Positions 28,010 to 37,864 of a stretch of DNA of 64,000 nt are shown one piece after another. Positions within the stretch are counted from its first letter, which is position 1. Every line of letters starts with the position of its first letter. Source of the stretch: Oscillospiraceae bacterium (GTDB lineage: Bacteria > Bacillota > Clostridia > Oscillospirales > CAG-272); the NCBI GenBank assembly GCA_015065065.1, contig SVQX01000002.1:10233-74232 (forward strand), given 5' to 3'. Under the pieces are notes generated by a model that was given only the letters and a program-made list of their open reading frames with translations, did not search any database and was not told where the DNA came from. Made by a program: the position numbers and the translations under genes.

Positions 28010-29206
28010 ATGTCAGACGTTAAAAAATATGACGGCATTCCCGATATGGTCATTCTGGGCTCGACGGGCTCGGTGGGGGAGCAGGCAGTTGACGTTGCGC
28101 TGTCCCACGGTGTACGGGTTCACGCACTGAGTGCCGACAAAAGCGTCGGTAAGGTTGAAGCGCAGGCGCGCCGACTTTGTCCTGAGTTCTGTATTATGAA
28201 CGACGAGGCAGCTGCACGCGAGCTTAAAATTGCTTTGGCTGATACAGATATTAAGGTCTTGCAAGGCGTTGACGGTATCGCACAGATGCTCTCCGAGCTT
28301 AAGAGTGACAATCCAAACGGCATCGTGGTGGAAAATTCAATTCTCGGCAAAGCGGGACTTGAGCCTACCGTAAAGGTGCTTGAGGCGGGGTATCCCTTGG
28401 CACTTGCCAATAAGGAATCTCTCGTGGTCGGCGGCGAGATAGTCATGCCGCTTGCCAAAAAGCAGGGAATAACCATACTTCCCGTTGACAGCGAGCATTG
28501 TGCAATTTTTCAATGCCTGCGTGCGGGTGAGCATGATGAAATAAAAAAAATACTGCTTACAGCATCCGGAGGACCTTTCTTTGGCTATGACTCGTCCGCG
28601 CTCAGGGACGTAACGCTTCAGGATACGTTGAAGCACCCGACATGGAATATGGGCGCTAAGATTACCGTCGACAGCGCTACCCTGATGAATAAGGGCTTTG
28701 AGGTCATTGAAGCGGTGCATCTTTTTGAAGTGACACCCTCGCAGATCGAGGTGGTTGTTCATCGCGAAAGTATAATTCATTCCATGGTGGAATACATTGA
28801 TAACAGTGTCATAGCGCAAATGTCAGTCCCGGATATGCGCCATTGCGTGCAGTACGCGCTGACTCATCCGCGCAGAACGACAGCGGAAAACACAATACCC
28901 GCGCTCGATCTGTTTGCCAAGGGGAAGCTGACGTTTATGCGCCCCGATACCGAGGTGTTTACCTTGCTATCACTCGCATATTCCTGTATTGACCGCGGCG
29001 GCGCGTTGCCCTGTGCGCTTAACGCGGCGAATGAGGTCGCCGTTGCAGCGTTTTTGAATGAAAAAATACCGTTCTGGAAAATATCCGACGTGGTTGAAAA
29101 AGCAGTGGGATATATGAACGGTAGGGGGGCGTGCGACGTCCATACTCTTGACGGTATCTTAGAGGTTGATGCCGATACGCGCGCTTATACGCAACAATTA
29201 CTGTAA
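28010..29206 (+). CDS. dxr: 1-deoxy-D-xylulose-5-phosphate reductoisomerase
   Basis: ILGSTGSVG, LANKESLV, PVDSEH and HPTWNMG motifs. Start at ATG 28010. Confidence 0.95.
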   Translation: MSDVKKYDGIPDMVILGSTGSVGEQAVDVALSHGVRVHALSADKSVGKVEAQARRLCPEFCIMNDEAAARELKIALADTDIKVLQGVDGIAQMLSELKSDNPNGIVVENSILGKAGLEPTVKVLEAGYPLALANKESLVVGGEIVMPLAKKQGITILPVDSEHCAIFQCLRAGEHDEIKKILLTASGGPFFGYDSSALRDVTLQDTLKHPTWNMGAKITVDSATLMNKGFEVIEAVHLFEVTPSQIEVVVHRESIIHSMVEYIDNSVIAQMSVPDMRHCVQYALTHPRRTTAENTIPALDLFAKGKLTFMRPDTEVFTLLSLAYSCIDRGGALPCALNAANEVAVAAFLNEKIPFWKISDVVEKAVGYMNGRGACDVHTLDGILEVDADTRAYTQQLL

Positions 29207-29218
29207 TTTTTCGGAGGT

Positions 29219-30295
29219 ATGGAACTGTCCATGCAAAATATTCTCAGTTTTCTCGGCTATCTGCTGCTGACCGTGTTTATGCTCGGAATACTCATATTCG
29301 TTCACGAGCTGGGTCACTATATCGTAGCAAGGCTTTGCCGCGTTACGATACACGAATTTTCCATTGGAATGGGCAAGCGTCTTTTCGGCTTTAAATCTAA
29401 AAAGACGGGAATTGAATATAATCTTCGCCTATTTCCCATTGGCGGATTCGTTGCTATGGCGGGTGAGGACGAGGAGGTGGACGATCCCAACGCTTTCAAT
29501 AAAAAGAACGTCTGGCAACGAATAGCGATACTCGTTGCGGGCGCGGGAATGAATATCCTCATAGGCTTCCTGTCCATGCTCATACTCGTGGGAGGAATGA
29601 CGCTTGACGGATATAAGCTTCCGTCAACTCAGATAGGTCAGTTTGCCGTTGGCTCGTCCAGCTATGTGACAGGGCTTGAGGTGGGGGATACCGTACTCAA
29701 GGTGGACGGTGTCAACGTCCATACGGGTTACGATCTCGCTTATGAGATAATGAACAGTGGCTATCAGCCCGTGGACGTAACGGTGGTGCGCGACGGCAAA
29801 ACAGTTCTTGTTCCCGACGTTATTTTCCCCGTGACTGTTAGCGGAAGCACCGCCTTTGGCGATATGGATTTTTCCGTCGTTGAAATGAAAGCAAGCTTCG
29901 GCAACGTAGTTAAATCCGCGTATTTCCGCTCGGTGTCTACCGTCAAGATGGTATTTGACTCGGTAGGCGGTCTTATCACGGGAAGGTACGGTGCGGCTGA
30001 GCTGTCAGGACCTATCGGTGTTACAAGCACTGTATCGGATATGGCGCAAAGTCAGATGCCCGTTTGGAATCTTTTGTATCTGTTTGCCGTGATCGCCATT
30101 AATCTCGGAGTTATGAACCTTCTGCCCATTCCCGCAATCGACGGCGGCAGACTTTTCTTCAGAATAATCGAGATCTTGCGCTTCGGCAGACCCGTGAAGC
30201 CGGAGCTTGAAGCCAAGATCCACGGCATTGGTATGATGCTGTTGCTCGTGGCAATGGTGGTTATCGCGTTCAAGGACGTATTTGCACTGTTTTAA
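29219..30295 (+). CDS. rseP: RIP site-2 metalloprotease RseP/RasP
   Basis: HELGHY, a PDZ-like middle region, and NLLPIPAIDGG. Confidence 0.9.
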   Translation: MELSMQNILSFLGYLLLTVFMLGILIFVHELGHYIVARLCRVTIHEFSIGMGKRLFGFKSKKTGIEYNLRLFPIGGFVAMAGEDEEVDDPNAFNKKNVWQRIAILVAGAGMNILIGFLSMLILVGGMTLDGYKLPSTQIGQFAVGSSSYVTGLEVGDTVLKVDGVNVHTGYDLAYEIMNSGYQPVDVTVVRDGKTVLVPDVIFPVTVSGSTAFGDMDFSVVEMKASFGNVVKSAYFRSVSTVKMVFDSVGGLITGRYGAAELSGPIGVTSTVSDMAQSQMPVWNLLYLFAVIAINLGVMNLLPIPAIDGGRLFFRIIEILRFGRPVKPELEAKIHGIGMMLLLVAMVVIAFKDVFALF

Positions 30296-30307
30296 GAGGT
30301 GTTTAAA

Positions 30308-31396
30308 ATGATATATAACGATATAAGACGTAACAGCCGCGAGGTGCGTATTGGTAATATCGCTATTGGCGGCAAAAATAAAATAGCTATTCAGTCAATG
30401 ACTAATACTGATACTGAGGACGTATCGGCTACTATCGAGCAGATACGCAGACTCTACTCAGTAGGCTGTGATATTGTTCGAATTACAGTGCCTACTATGG
30501 AGGCGGCGAATACCGTGCTTGCCATAAAAGAGTCGGGAATTGATATTCCCATTGTCGCGGATATACATTTTGACTATAAAATAGCTCTGCGTTGTGCGGA
30601 ATACGGAGTTGACAAGATCCGTATCAACCCCGGCAATATCGGTGACGACGACAGAGTAAAGGCTGTGGCAGACGCTTGCAAGGCGCGTAATATTGCCATT
30701 CGTATAGGTGTCAACAGCGGCTCGCTTGAGAAGCATATTCTTGCCAAATACGGCGCGCCGACACCGGAGGCGTTGTGCGAAAGCGCACTTTATCACGCTT
30801 CACTGCTTGAAAAATTTGATTTTAACGACATAGTCGTGTCCATAAAGGCGTCGGGCGTCCCCGAAATGATAAAAGCTAACCGCCTTTTGGCACAAAAATG
30901 CAATTATCCGCTTCATCTCGGCGTTACCGAGGCGGGCGGTGAAAGGCTGGGAATAGTTAAAAGCTCTATGGGAATAGGCGCTCTCCTTAACGACGGTATT
31001 GGGGATACCTTCCGCGTGTCGCTTACTGCCGATCCCGTATCCGAGGTCGAGGCGGCAAGAAACATACTCAACGCCTTGGGTGTTGAGGGTCAGTGCGGCT
31101 TGCAGACAGTAAGCTGTCCCACCTGCGGCAGAACCAAAATCGACCTTATCAGCCTCTCCGAGCAGTTTGAGCGCGCGGTGAGGGAAAACGGTCTCTCCGA
31201 TCTTCCCGTAAAGGTAGCGCTCATGGGTTGCGTTGTAAACGGACCCGGTGAGGCACGCGAGGCAGACATCGGAATTGCAGGTGGCAAGGGCGAGGCTGTG
31301 CTGTTTACGCACGGTGAGATAATCGGTAAGATACGCGAGGAGGACATCATCAGTACACTTATTCGATGGCTGTGTGAGTATCGCGACAACCGTTGA
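30308..31396 (+). CDS. ispG: 4-hydroxy-3-methylbut-2-enyl-diphosphate synthase (flavodoxin) IspG
   Basis: IQSMTNT, RINPGNIG, SCPTCGRT and GCVVNGPGE motifs. Start at ATG 30308 after AAGAGG. Confidence 0.95.
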   Translation: MIYNDIRRNSREVRIGNIAIGGKNKIAIQSMTNTDTEDVSATIEQIRRLYSVGCDIVRITVPTMEAANTVLAIKESGIDIPIVADIHFDYKIALRCAEYGVDKIRINPGNIGDDDRVKAVADACKARNIAIRIGVNSGSLEKHILAKYGAPTPEALCESALYHASLLEKFDFNDIVVSIKASGVPEMIKANRLLAQKCNYPLHLGVTEAGGERLGIVKSSMGIGALLNDGIGDTFRVSLTADPVSEVEAARNILNALGVEGQCGLQTVSCPTCGRTKIDLISLSEQFERAVRENGLSDLPVKVALMGCVVNGPGEAREADIGIAGGKGEAVLFTHGEIIGKIREEDIISTLIRWLCEYRDNR

Positions 31397-31417
31397 CCGT
31401 TGACCGTTGACCGTTGA
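31390..31417. repeat. perfect tandem heptamer (CCGTTGA)x4 spanning the ispG stop codon
   Basis: Read directly. Copies lie at 31390, 31397, 31404 and 31411. The first copy contains the ispG TGA stop. Confidence 0.9.
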
Positions 31418-31454
31418 CATTGCAAATTACATACAAGAGAAAGGTATTTTTCCA

Positions 31455-34400
31455 ATGAGAACCTTACCCGAGATTCTTTCTAAATATAACCCCGATGAAG
31501 CCATCGGGGATATTTTAAAATCGGCATATAACATCAGCGTAAGCGCGGACAAGGATCAAAGACTTCTCCAGATCTCCGCGTCCTTTGACTGTATCATTCC
31601 GAAAACAACGCTTTACCGAATAGAGAGTGAGGTTGCAGAGGCGTATCAGCTTAATTACGTAAAGATATTGCCTAAATATCCCGCGGAATTGTTCAACGCA
31701 GATTACGTTCCTCAGCTTCTTATGGAAACCGAGCGTGTGGGCGTGGTCGCTCGCGGCTTTTTCCGAACTTACAGTATAATCCTTGAGAACGATACGCTGA
31801 CAGTCAATATTCCTTTTATTCGCGAGGGCGTTATGCTGCTTGTAGATGCTCATACTCCCGATATTATGAGTCGCATCATTAAAAGCGAATTCGATCTTAA
31901 TATCCGCGTCATCATCAACAATTCCGATGAGCTAAACGATACTCTTCAGGAACGGCTTGAACGCCGCCTTGAGGAAATGGACAAGCAGATATACACCGTA
32001 AGCCTTGATTATGAGACAAATGTAGCTCAAAGAAGGGCAGAGGAGGCTCAAAGGGGCTTTGCGGGTCGCGCTCCCGCACCCGCACAGAATGACGAGCCCG
32101 TATTGCCGAGAGCTTACTCCATATTTGACGATGTGAGCGAGGAGGAGGTGGAAATAGTTGACGGGAAATGCACCGTAGGCTTTATGACCTTTGATCTCTC
32201 CGAGCCGAATTATGTCATAGGCGGAGAATTTGATATAAATCCGACACCTATTTCAAAAATTACTCATCCACAGAAAAATCTCGTGGTGTTGGGACAGGTT
32301 TTTGGATTTCAGAAGGAAGCCACCCGACGCGGCGATAAATTTAACGTGTCCTTCAGCCTTACCGATAAAAGCGCGTCTATTGAGGTGCGTTGCTTCGGCA
32401 TGCTTCCCGAGGACGCCTCCGAGCTTTCGTCAGTCGTCAAGGACGGAGATATCCTTGCGCTCCAGGGATACGTTAAAAAAGAGATGTTCCGAGACAGAAC
32501 AGAGGGCGAGGATCTGATATTCTACCACAGCGGAATCGCAAAAATCAAAGCAATATACCGACAGGATAATGCGCCCGTCAAGCGCGTTGAGCTGCATATA
32601 CATACCATGATGTCATCTATGGACGGACTTATTCCGCCATCCGACGTCGTAAAGCAAGCCAATAAGTGGGGACATCCCGCAGTTGCTATCACAGACCACG
32701 GAAACGTTCAAGGCTTTCAGGAAGCCATGCTCACCGCTGAAAAGCTGGGGCAGAAGGTTATATGGGGAGTTGAGGCGTATTTCGTAAACAATACAGCAAG
32801 TGCGCTTTACGGTGAGGCAGTGGGAGATCTTGCGGACGAGGTAGTCGTTTTCGATATCGAAACCACGGGACTTTCGGTGCGCAACTCCAAAATTACCGAG
32901 ATAGGTGCTGTAAAATTTGCACACGGCGAGGTTACCGATAGATTTAATACCTTCGTCGATCCCGAATGTGAGATACCTGCTGAAATAGTTGAACTTACGG
33001 GCATTACCGACGATATGGTAAAGGGCGCACCGAAGATTCATGAAGCGCTCGGAGCCTTCTTTGATTTTATCGGTAACAACAGCGGCAAAAAGGTGGTTTT
33101 AGTAGCTCACAACGCCGATTTTGATACCGGATTTATCCGCGCGGCGGCTGACGAATGCGGACTTGAATTTCCAAATCCGTATCTCGATACGCTCGCACTG
33201 TCAAGATTTATTCACCCAGAACTAAAAAAGCATACTTTGGATGCGGTCGCAAGGTTTTATAACCTTGGCGAATTCAATCATCACAGGGCGTGCGACGACG
33301 CGGAAATGCTGGCGTTGATATATCGCGCAATGCTCCGCGATCTGGACGAGCAGGATATACACACCTACGATAAGCTTCGTTCCGAGATGTCGGAGAGGAG
33401 CGATCCTACGAAGCTGCGTACTTATCATCAGATCCTGCTTGTAAAAAACAAGACGGGACTTAAAAATCTTTACCGACTTATCTCTTACGGCTATTTGAAA
33501 TATTTTAAAAAGCAGCCGCGTATCCCAAAGACCGAACTTGAAAAGTACCGCGAGGGACTTATCGTCGGCTCTGCCTGCGAGGCGGGAGAGCTTATGCGCG
33601 CTATTCTTGACAACAAGCCCGAGACGGAGATCGAGGAGATCGCAAGATTTTACGATTATCTCGAAATTCAACCCATTTCCAATAATAGATTCCTTGTCGC
33701 AGAAGGCAAGATCAAGGACGACGAAGGACTGCGCGACCTTAACCGCCGCGTAGTTGCGCTTGGCGAAAAGCTGAATATTCCCGTTGTGGCGACCTGTGAC
33801 GCTCATTTTATGAACAAGGAAGACGAGATTAACAGAAAGATACTGCTCGCGGGAATGAAATTCAAGGATGCGGATAACGACACGGGAATTTATTTCCGTA
33901 CCACCGAGGAAATGCTGGATGAATTCGCATATCTCGGTGAACAAAAGGCTTATGAGGTGGTCGTAGCAAATACCAATATGATAGCGAATATGGTTGAGGC
34001 TGACGTGCGTCCGTTCCCAAAGGGTACTTTCACACCTAATATGGAAGGCGCGGAGGATGACCTCAAGCGTATATGCTACGATAAGGCAAAATCCCTTTAC
34101 GGTGATCCGCTTCCCGAAATTGTCGCAGATCGCCTTGACCGAGAGCTGACTTCTATTATAAAGCATGGCTTTGCCGTGCTGTATATGATAGCTCAAAAGC
34201 TTGTAAGCTATAGCGAAAGTCAAGGATATCTCGTTGGCTCGCGTGGCTCTGTCGGCTCGTCATTTGTTGCTTCCATGGCGGGAATTTCTGAGGTAAATCC
34301 TCTGCCTCCGCACTATTATTGCCCGAATTGTCAGTACAGTGACTTTTCGGTAGGTGCAAATTACGGCTCGGGCTTTGACCTGCCTGATGCCGACTGTCCG

Positions 34401-35906
34401 AGGTGCGGTAAAAAGCTGTGCTTTGACGGCCACGATATTCCTTTTGAAACCTTCCTTGGCTTCTACGGCGATAAATCTCCCGATATAGACCTTAACTTTT
34501 CGGGTGAGGTTCAGGGAAGAGTGCATAAATATACCGAGGAGCTGTTTGGCGCTGAAAACGTATTTCGTGCGGGAACTATTGGCGCTTTAGCCGATAAGAC
34601 GGCATACGGCTTCGTGATGAAATACCTTGAGAGTAAGGGCATCAGCCTCAACCGCGCCGAGGTAAACAGACTCACCGCCAACTGTGTTGGCGTCAAGCGA
34701 ACCACGGGTCAGCACCCGGGCGGAATCGTGGTCGTGCCTAAGGAATACGAGATTTACGATTTCTGTCCCGTTCAGCATCCCGCCGATGACGCGACGTCGG
34801 ATATCGTTACCACGCATTTTACTTTTGAGTATCTGCACGATACGCTTCTCAAGCTTGACGAGTTGGGACACGATATTCCGACCAAGTATAAGTATCTTGA
34901 AAGATTTTCAAATACCTCCGTGCTTGACGTGCCCATGAACGACCGTTCTATTTACGACTTGTTCCTATCCACCGCGCCTCTTAATGTAAAGCCAGAAGAT
35001 ATTGGTGGAATTGAGCTCGGTACGCTTGGACTTCCCGAGCTTGGCACTCGCTTCGTTATTAAAATGCTTCAGGAGGCAAAGCCGCAGTCCTTCTCCGACC
35101 TTTTGCAGATATCCGGACTTTCACATGGCACTGACGTGTGGACAAATAACGCACAGGACCTTATCAAAAACGGCACGTGTACCATTTCGCAGGTTATCGG
35201 TACGCGAGATTCCATCATGATCGACCTTATCAAGTACGGCGTTGAAAAGAGCCATGCCTTCAAGATAATGGAGATGGTGCGTAAGGGCAAGGGTCTTACT
35301 CCCGAATTTGAGGAGGAAATGAAGGCGGCAAACGTTCCGGATTGGTATATCGCTTCGTGTAAAAAGATTAAATACATGTTCCCGAAGGCGCACGCGGCGG
35401 CTTACGATATGTCGGCTGTGCGTCTCGGCTGGTACAAGGTACACATTCCGCTCGCTTTCTATTGCGCAATGTTTACCGTTCAGCCGCTTGGCTTTGACGG
35501 AGAGCTTGTTATGCAGGGCAAGCGCGCTGTTGACGCTTATATCAAGGATATAGAAAAACGCGGTAACGACGCCTCTCCCAAGGAGCAACAGAGCTTGCCC
35601 GTGCTCCAGCTTGTGAACGAGGCGTATGCAAGAGGCATTAAATTTTTGCCCGTTGACCTTGAAAAGTCAAGCGATAGGGAATATCTCCCCGAGGACGGCA
35701 AGATTCGTCTGCCTTTCTCAGCACTCGCAGGTGTAGGAGAAAATGCGGCGGCAAATATTTTAGCCGCACGTAATGAAGAACCGTTTTTCTCCGTCGATGA
35801 CCTCCAGACCCGAGCAAAGCTTACCAAGAGTGTAATTGAGGTGCTTCGCCGTAACGGAGTGCTGGACGGAGTAAATGAGACCGACCAGATGACCATGATA
35901 TTCTGA
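31455..35906 (+). CDS. polC: DNA polymerase III PolC-type
   Basis: About 1480 aa. PHP (HIHTMMSSMDG), DEDDh exonuclease (VVFDIETTGL ... HRACDDA), a zinc-finger region (CPNC..CPRC) and a polymerase core. Start at ATG 31455 after AGAGAAAGG. Confidence 0.95.
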   Translation: MRTLPEILSKYNPDEAIGDILKSAYNISVSADKDQRLLQISASFDCIIPKTTLYRIESEVAEAYQLNYVKILPKYPAELFNADYVPQLLMETERVGVVARGFFRTYSIILENDTLTVNIPFIREGVMLLVDAHTPDIMSRIIKSEFDLNIRVIINNSDELNDTLQERLERRLEEMDKQIYTVSLDYETNVAQRRAEEAQRGFAGRAPAPAQNDEPVLPRAYSIFDDVSEEEVEIVDGKCTVGFMTFDLSEPNYVIGGEFDINPTPISKITHPQKNLVVLGQVFGFQKEATRRGDKFNVSFSLTDKSASIEVRCFGMLPEDASELSSVVKDGDILALQGYVKKEMFRDRTEGEDLIFYHSGIAKIKAIYRQDNAPVKRVELHIHTMMSSMDGLIPPSDVVKQANKWGHPAVAITDHGNVQGFQEAMLTAEKLGQKVIWGVEAYFVNNTASALYGEAVGDLADEVVVFDIETTGLSVRNSKITEIGAVKFAHGEVTDRFNTFVDPECEIPAEIVELTGITDDMVKGAPKIHEALGAFFDFIGNNSGKKVVLVAHNADFDTGFIRAAADECGLEFPNPYLDTLALSRFIHPELKKHTLDAVARFYNLGEFNHHRACDDAEMLALIYRAMLRDLDEQDIHTYDKLRSEMSERSDPTKLRTYHQILLVKNKTGLKNLYRLISYGYLKYFKKQPRIPKTELEKYREGLIVGSACEAGELMRAILDNKPETEIEEIARFYDYLEIQPISNNRFLVAEGKIKDDEGLRDLNRRVVALGEKLNIPVVATCDAHFMNKEDEINRKILLAGMKFKDADNDTGIYFRTTEEMLDEFAYLGEQKAYEVVVANTNMIANMVEADVRPFPKGTFTPNMEGAEDDLKRICYDKAKSLYGDPLPEIVADRLDRELTSIIKHGFAVLYMIAQKLVSYSESQGYLVGSRGSVGSSFVASMAGISEVNPLPPHYYCPNCQYSDFSVGANYGSGFDLPDADCPRCGKKLCFDGHDIPFETFLGFYGDKSPDIDLNFSGEVQGRVHKYTEELFGAENVFRAGTIGALADKTAYGFVMKYLESKGISLNRAEVNRLTANCVGVKRTTGQHPGGIVVVPKEYEIYDFCPVQHPADDATSDIVTTHFTFEYLHDTLLKLDELGHDIPTKYKYLERFSNTSVLDVPMNDRSIYDLFLSTAPLNVKPEDIGGIELGTLGLPELGTRFVIKMLQEAKPQSFSDLLQISGLSHGTDVWTNNAQDLIKNGTCTISQVIGTRDSIMIDLIKYGVEKSHAFKIMEMVRKGKGLTPEFEEEMKAANVPDWYIASCKKIKYMFPKAHAAAYDMSAVRLGWYKVHIPLAFYCAMFTVQPLGFDGELVMQGKRAVDAYIKDIEKRGNDASPKEQQSLPVLQLVNEAYARGIKFLPVDLEKSSDREYLPEDGKIRLPFSALAGVGENAAANILAARNEEPFFSVDDLQTRAKLTKSVIEVLRRNGVLDGVNETDQMTMIF

Positions 35907-35917
35907 CAGGAGGCTGT

Positions 35918-36547
35918 ATGCACATTCCGAGATCAAATACTGCAGGAATTGAAGTGCTGTCATTTAAGGAGGCACTGGACGAGGCTCTCTGCGAGCAGTC
36001 GGAGTACGACTCAAGCCGATGGCTCTACGTTCCGTGCAGATACGATGAATACCGATACATACTTGGTACGAGGGGCAAAAATCCTATGATATGCATAGGC
36101 ATAAACCCCTCCACCGCGAGTCCCGACAAGCTTGACCCCACGCTCAAATCTGCAGAGCGCATCTCGCTTTACAACGGATACGACAGCTTTCTGATGTTTA
36201 ATGTTTACGCACAGCGCGCGACAAATCCCGACGATATGGAAAAGGAATACAATCCTTGGATGCAAGCTGAAAATCTTAAAGCCTTTGAGTATATGCTGAG
36301 CATCTCTCCGCAGCCTCCGTCCTTATGGGCAGCTTGGGGCGCTATCATTGAAAAACGGGATTATCTTTCAAAATGTGTTCGTGACCTTGTCGATGTTGCC
36401 AACAGATATAATGCAAAATGGTATCACGCGGGGGCAATTTCCAAGAAGGGGCATCCGCACCATCCGCTTTACCTGAAAAGCGATACTGTGTTCAAGCCCT
36501 TTGATGTGGACGGCTATCTTAAAATCTGTTCATGTTTTTCTAAGTAA
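35918..36547 (+). CDS. DUF1643-family protein
   Basis: ICIGINPSTASPDKLDPT and GHPHHPLYL blocks typical of DUF1643. ATG lies 12 nt after the polC stop and has its own GGAGG. Confidence 0.65.
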   Translation: MHIPRSNTAGIEVLSFKEALDEALCEQSEYDSSRWLYVPCRYDEYRYILGTRGKNPMICIGINPSTASPDKLDPTLKSAERISLYNGYDSFLMFNVYAQRATNPDDMEKEYNPWMQAENLKAFEYMLSISPQPPSLWAAWGAIIEKRDYLSKCVRDLVDVANRYNAKWYHAGAISKKGHPHHPLYLKSDTVFKPFDVDGYLKICSCFSK

Positions 36548-36562
36548 TATGCTATAATTTAC

Positions 36563-36591
36563 TTGACAAGCCGTCGCTGTTATAGTATAAT
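36563..36591 (+). promoter_or_regulatory. consensus sigma-A promoter for the M50B-like gene cluster
   Basis: TTGACA (36563-36568), 17 nt, TATAAT (36586-36591). Confidence 0.6.
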
Positions 36592-36626
36592 GTAAAATGA
36601 CAATAAATTTCTTTCTGAGGTGTAGT

Positions 36627-37442
36627 ATGGAATACGTACTCTATTTTCTCGAAATCGTTTTGTACACGATCGGTACAGTTTGTATCTGTGGTCTTGTGGT
36701 TGCGCTGTGTGAATGGCTGTTCCGCCTTCTGCTTGGAGGTGGCGCAGGATACAAAGCTGTGCTGATCACTGCTATTGTAGGAACGCCTATTCACGAGCTT
36801 GGACATGCAGTTATGTGCCTTATTTTCCGACATAAGATCAACGAGATCTGCCTGTGGGATCCTCACGCTACCGACGGCACACTCGGTTACGTAAATCACT
36901 CCTACAATCCGAAAAACATTTACCACCGTATCGGTAATCTGTTTATCGGTCTTGGACCGATATTCAGCGGACTCGGTGTTCTCACGCTGCTCATGTTCTT
37001 GGTTTTCCCCGATACCACCAACGCTTATTTCACAAATGCCGCATCTATTGTAAGAACAGACGGTAACATATTTATGATCCTCGTTGAAGGTCTTAAAATG
37101 ATTCCCGCTATGTTCACAGAGGAAAGCGTAAACATTTGGTTGAGAATACTCGCCGTTATAGTTATGCTCTCCGTATCCCTGCATATTTCGTTGAGCCCTG
37201 CGGACATCAAGGGTAGCCTTAGCGCTCTGCCTTTCTACTTTGGCGCTGTGCTTCTCGTTACCGTTATTACCTCGCTTATCGGACGCGCGGCAATGAGTGC
37301 AGTCAGCACGGCACTTGCGACCTTTAATGCATATCTCGTAATGCTCTTTACGATAGTATTCGTTTTCTCGGTCATTCTCGTGCTTATCGCTCTGATCGTA
37401 TTTGGTATACGCATGGGCATCATTAAGCTGATACGCAGATAA
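36627..37442 (+). CDS. polytopic membrane protein with HExxH motif (M50B-like putative metalloprotease)
   Basis: GTPIHELGHAVMCLIF after the first TM helix, about 6 further hydrophobic helices. Start at ATG 36627 after GAGGTG. Preferred over the fully overlapping antisense 300-aa ORF. Confidence 0.6.
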   Translation: MEYVLYFLEIVLYTIGTVCICGLVVALCEWLFRLLLGGGAGYKAVLITAIVGTPIHELGHAVMCLIFRHKINEICLWDPHATDGTLGYVNHSYNPKNIYHRIGNLFIGLGPIFSGLGVLTLLMFLVFPDTTNAYFTNAASIVRTDGNIFMILVEGLKMIPAMFTEESVNIWLRILAVIVMLSVSLHISLSPADIKGSLSALPFYFGAVLLVTVITSLIGRAAMSAVSTALATFNAYLVMLFTIVFVFSVILVLIALIVFGIRMGIIKLIRR

Positions 37443-37446
37443 TTTG

Positions 37447-37845
37447 ATGCGCATCTTGCGGATTTTTGTTTCTGCAATAATTCTTATCTCTCTGATAGCT
37501 GCCGTTTCCTGTTCGTCATACAGTCAAAGTGACGACGCTTTTGTGGCGGGCGAGACCTTGACTCCCGAACGTTTGGATGAGTTGTCCCGCCAGCTTACTG
37601 CTCAAAGTACATCCGAGGAGGAGATCACTACCGTGGTGGAGATAAAGTTCTCTTACGACGGTGAGTGCTATTGGGTAAAGGGCAGTGAAGTATTTCATAT
37701 ATCGGGTGATTGCAGATACATAAAGAATTCAAAGAATGTAAATCAGGGTGACGCTTATTCTGCGGCGGCTGACGGATGTGAGCGTATGTGCTCCTCATGT
37801 CAAAAGCAGGTCGAAGCCGCAACAGAAGACACTACTGAAAACTAA
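37447..37845 (+). CDS. small lipoprotein with C-terminal Cys-motif domain
   Basis: Signal peptide plus lipobox (LIAAVSC). C-terminal FHISGDCRYIK...AAADGCERMCSSC resembles the Ada-type YH..C...G..C..C metal-binding pattern found in many secreted Firmicute proteins. Confidence 0.6.
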   Translation: MRILRIFVSAIILISLIAAVSCSSYSQSDDAFVAGETLTPERLDELSRQLTAQSTSEEEITTVVEIKFSYDGECYWVKGSEVFHISGDCRYIKNSKNVNQGDAYSAAADGCERMCSSCQKQVEAATEDTTEN

Positions 37846-37864
37846 TTTAATAAAAGGAGGCTAT

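Noticed and set aside
31413-31418. TTGACA at the end of the heptamer array as the polC promoter -35
   Set aside because: No acceptable -10 hexamer lies 16-18 nt downstream (the sequence there is GAGAAA). polC is more likely transcribed with the upstream operon.
36552-37454. 300-aa minus-strand ORF fully overlapping the M50B-like gene
   Set aside because: The plus-strand frame gives regular TM helices, an HELGH motif, an RBS and a consensus promoter. The minus-strand product is rich in Asn/Arg/Cys/His/Tyr, has no features and no RBS.
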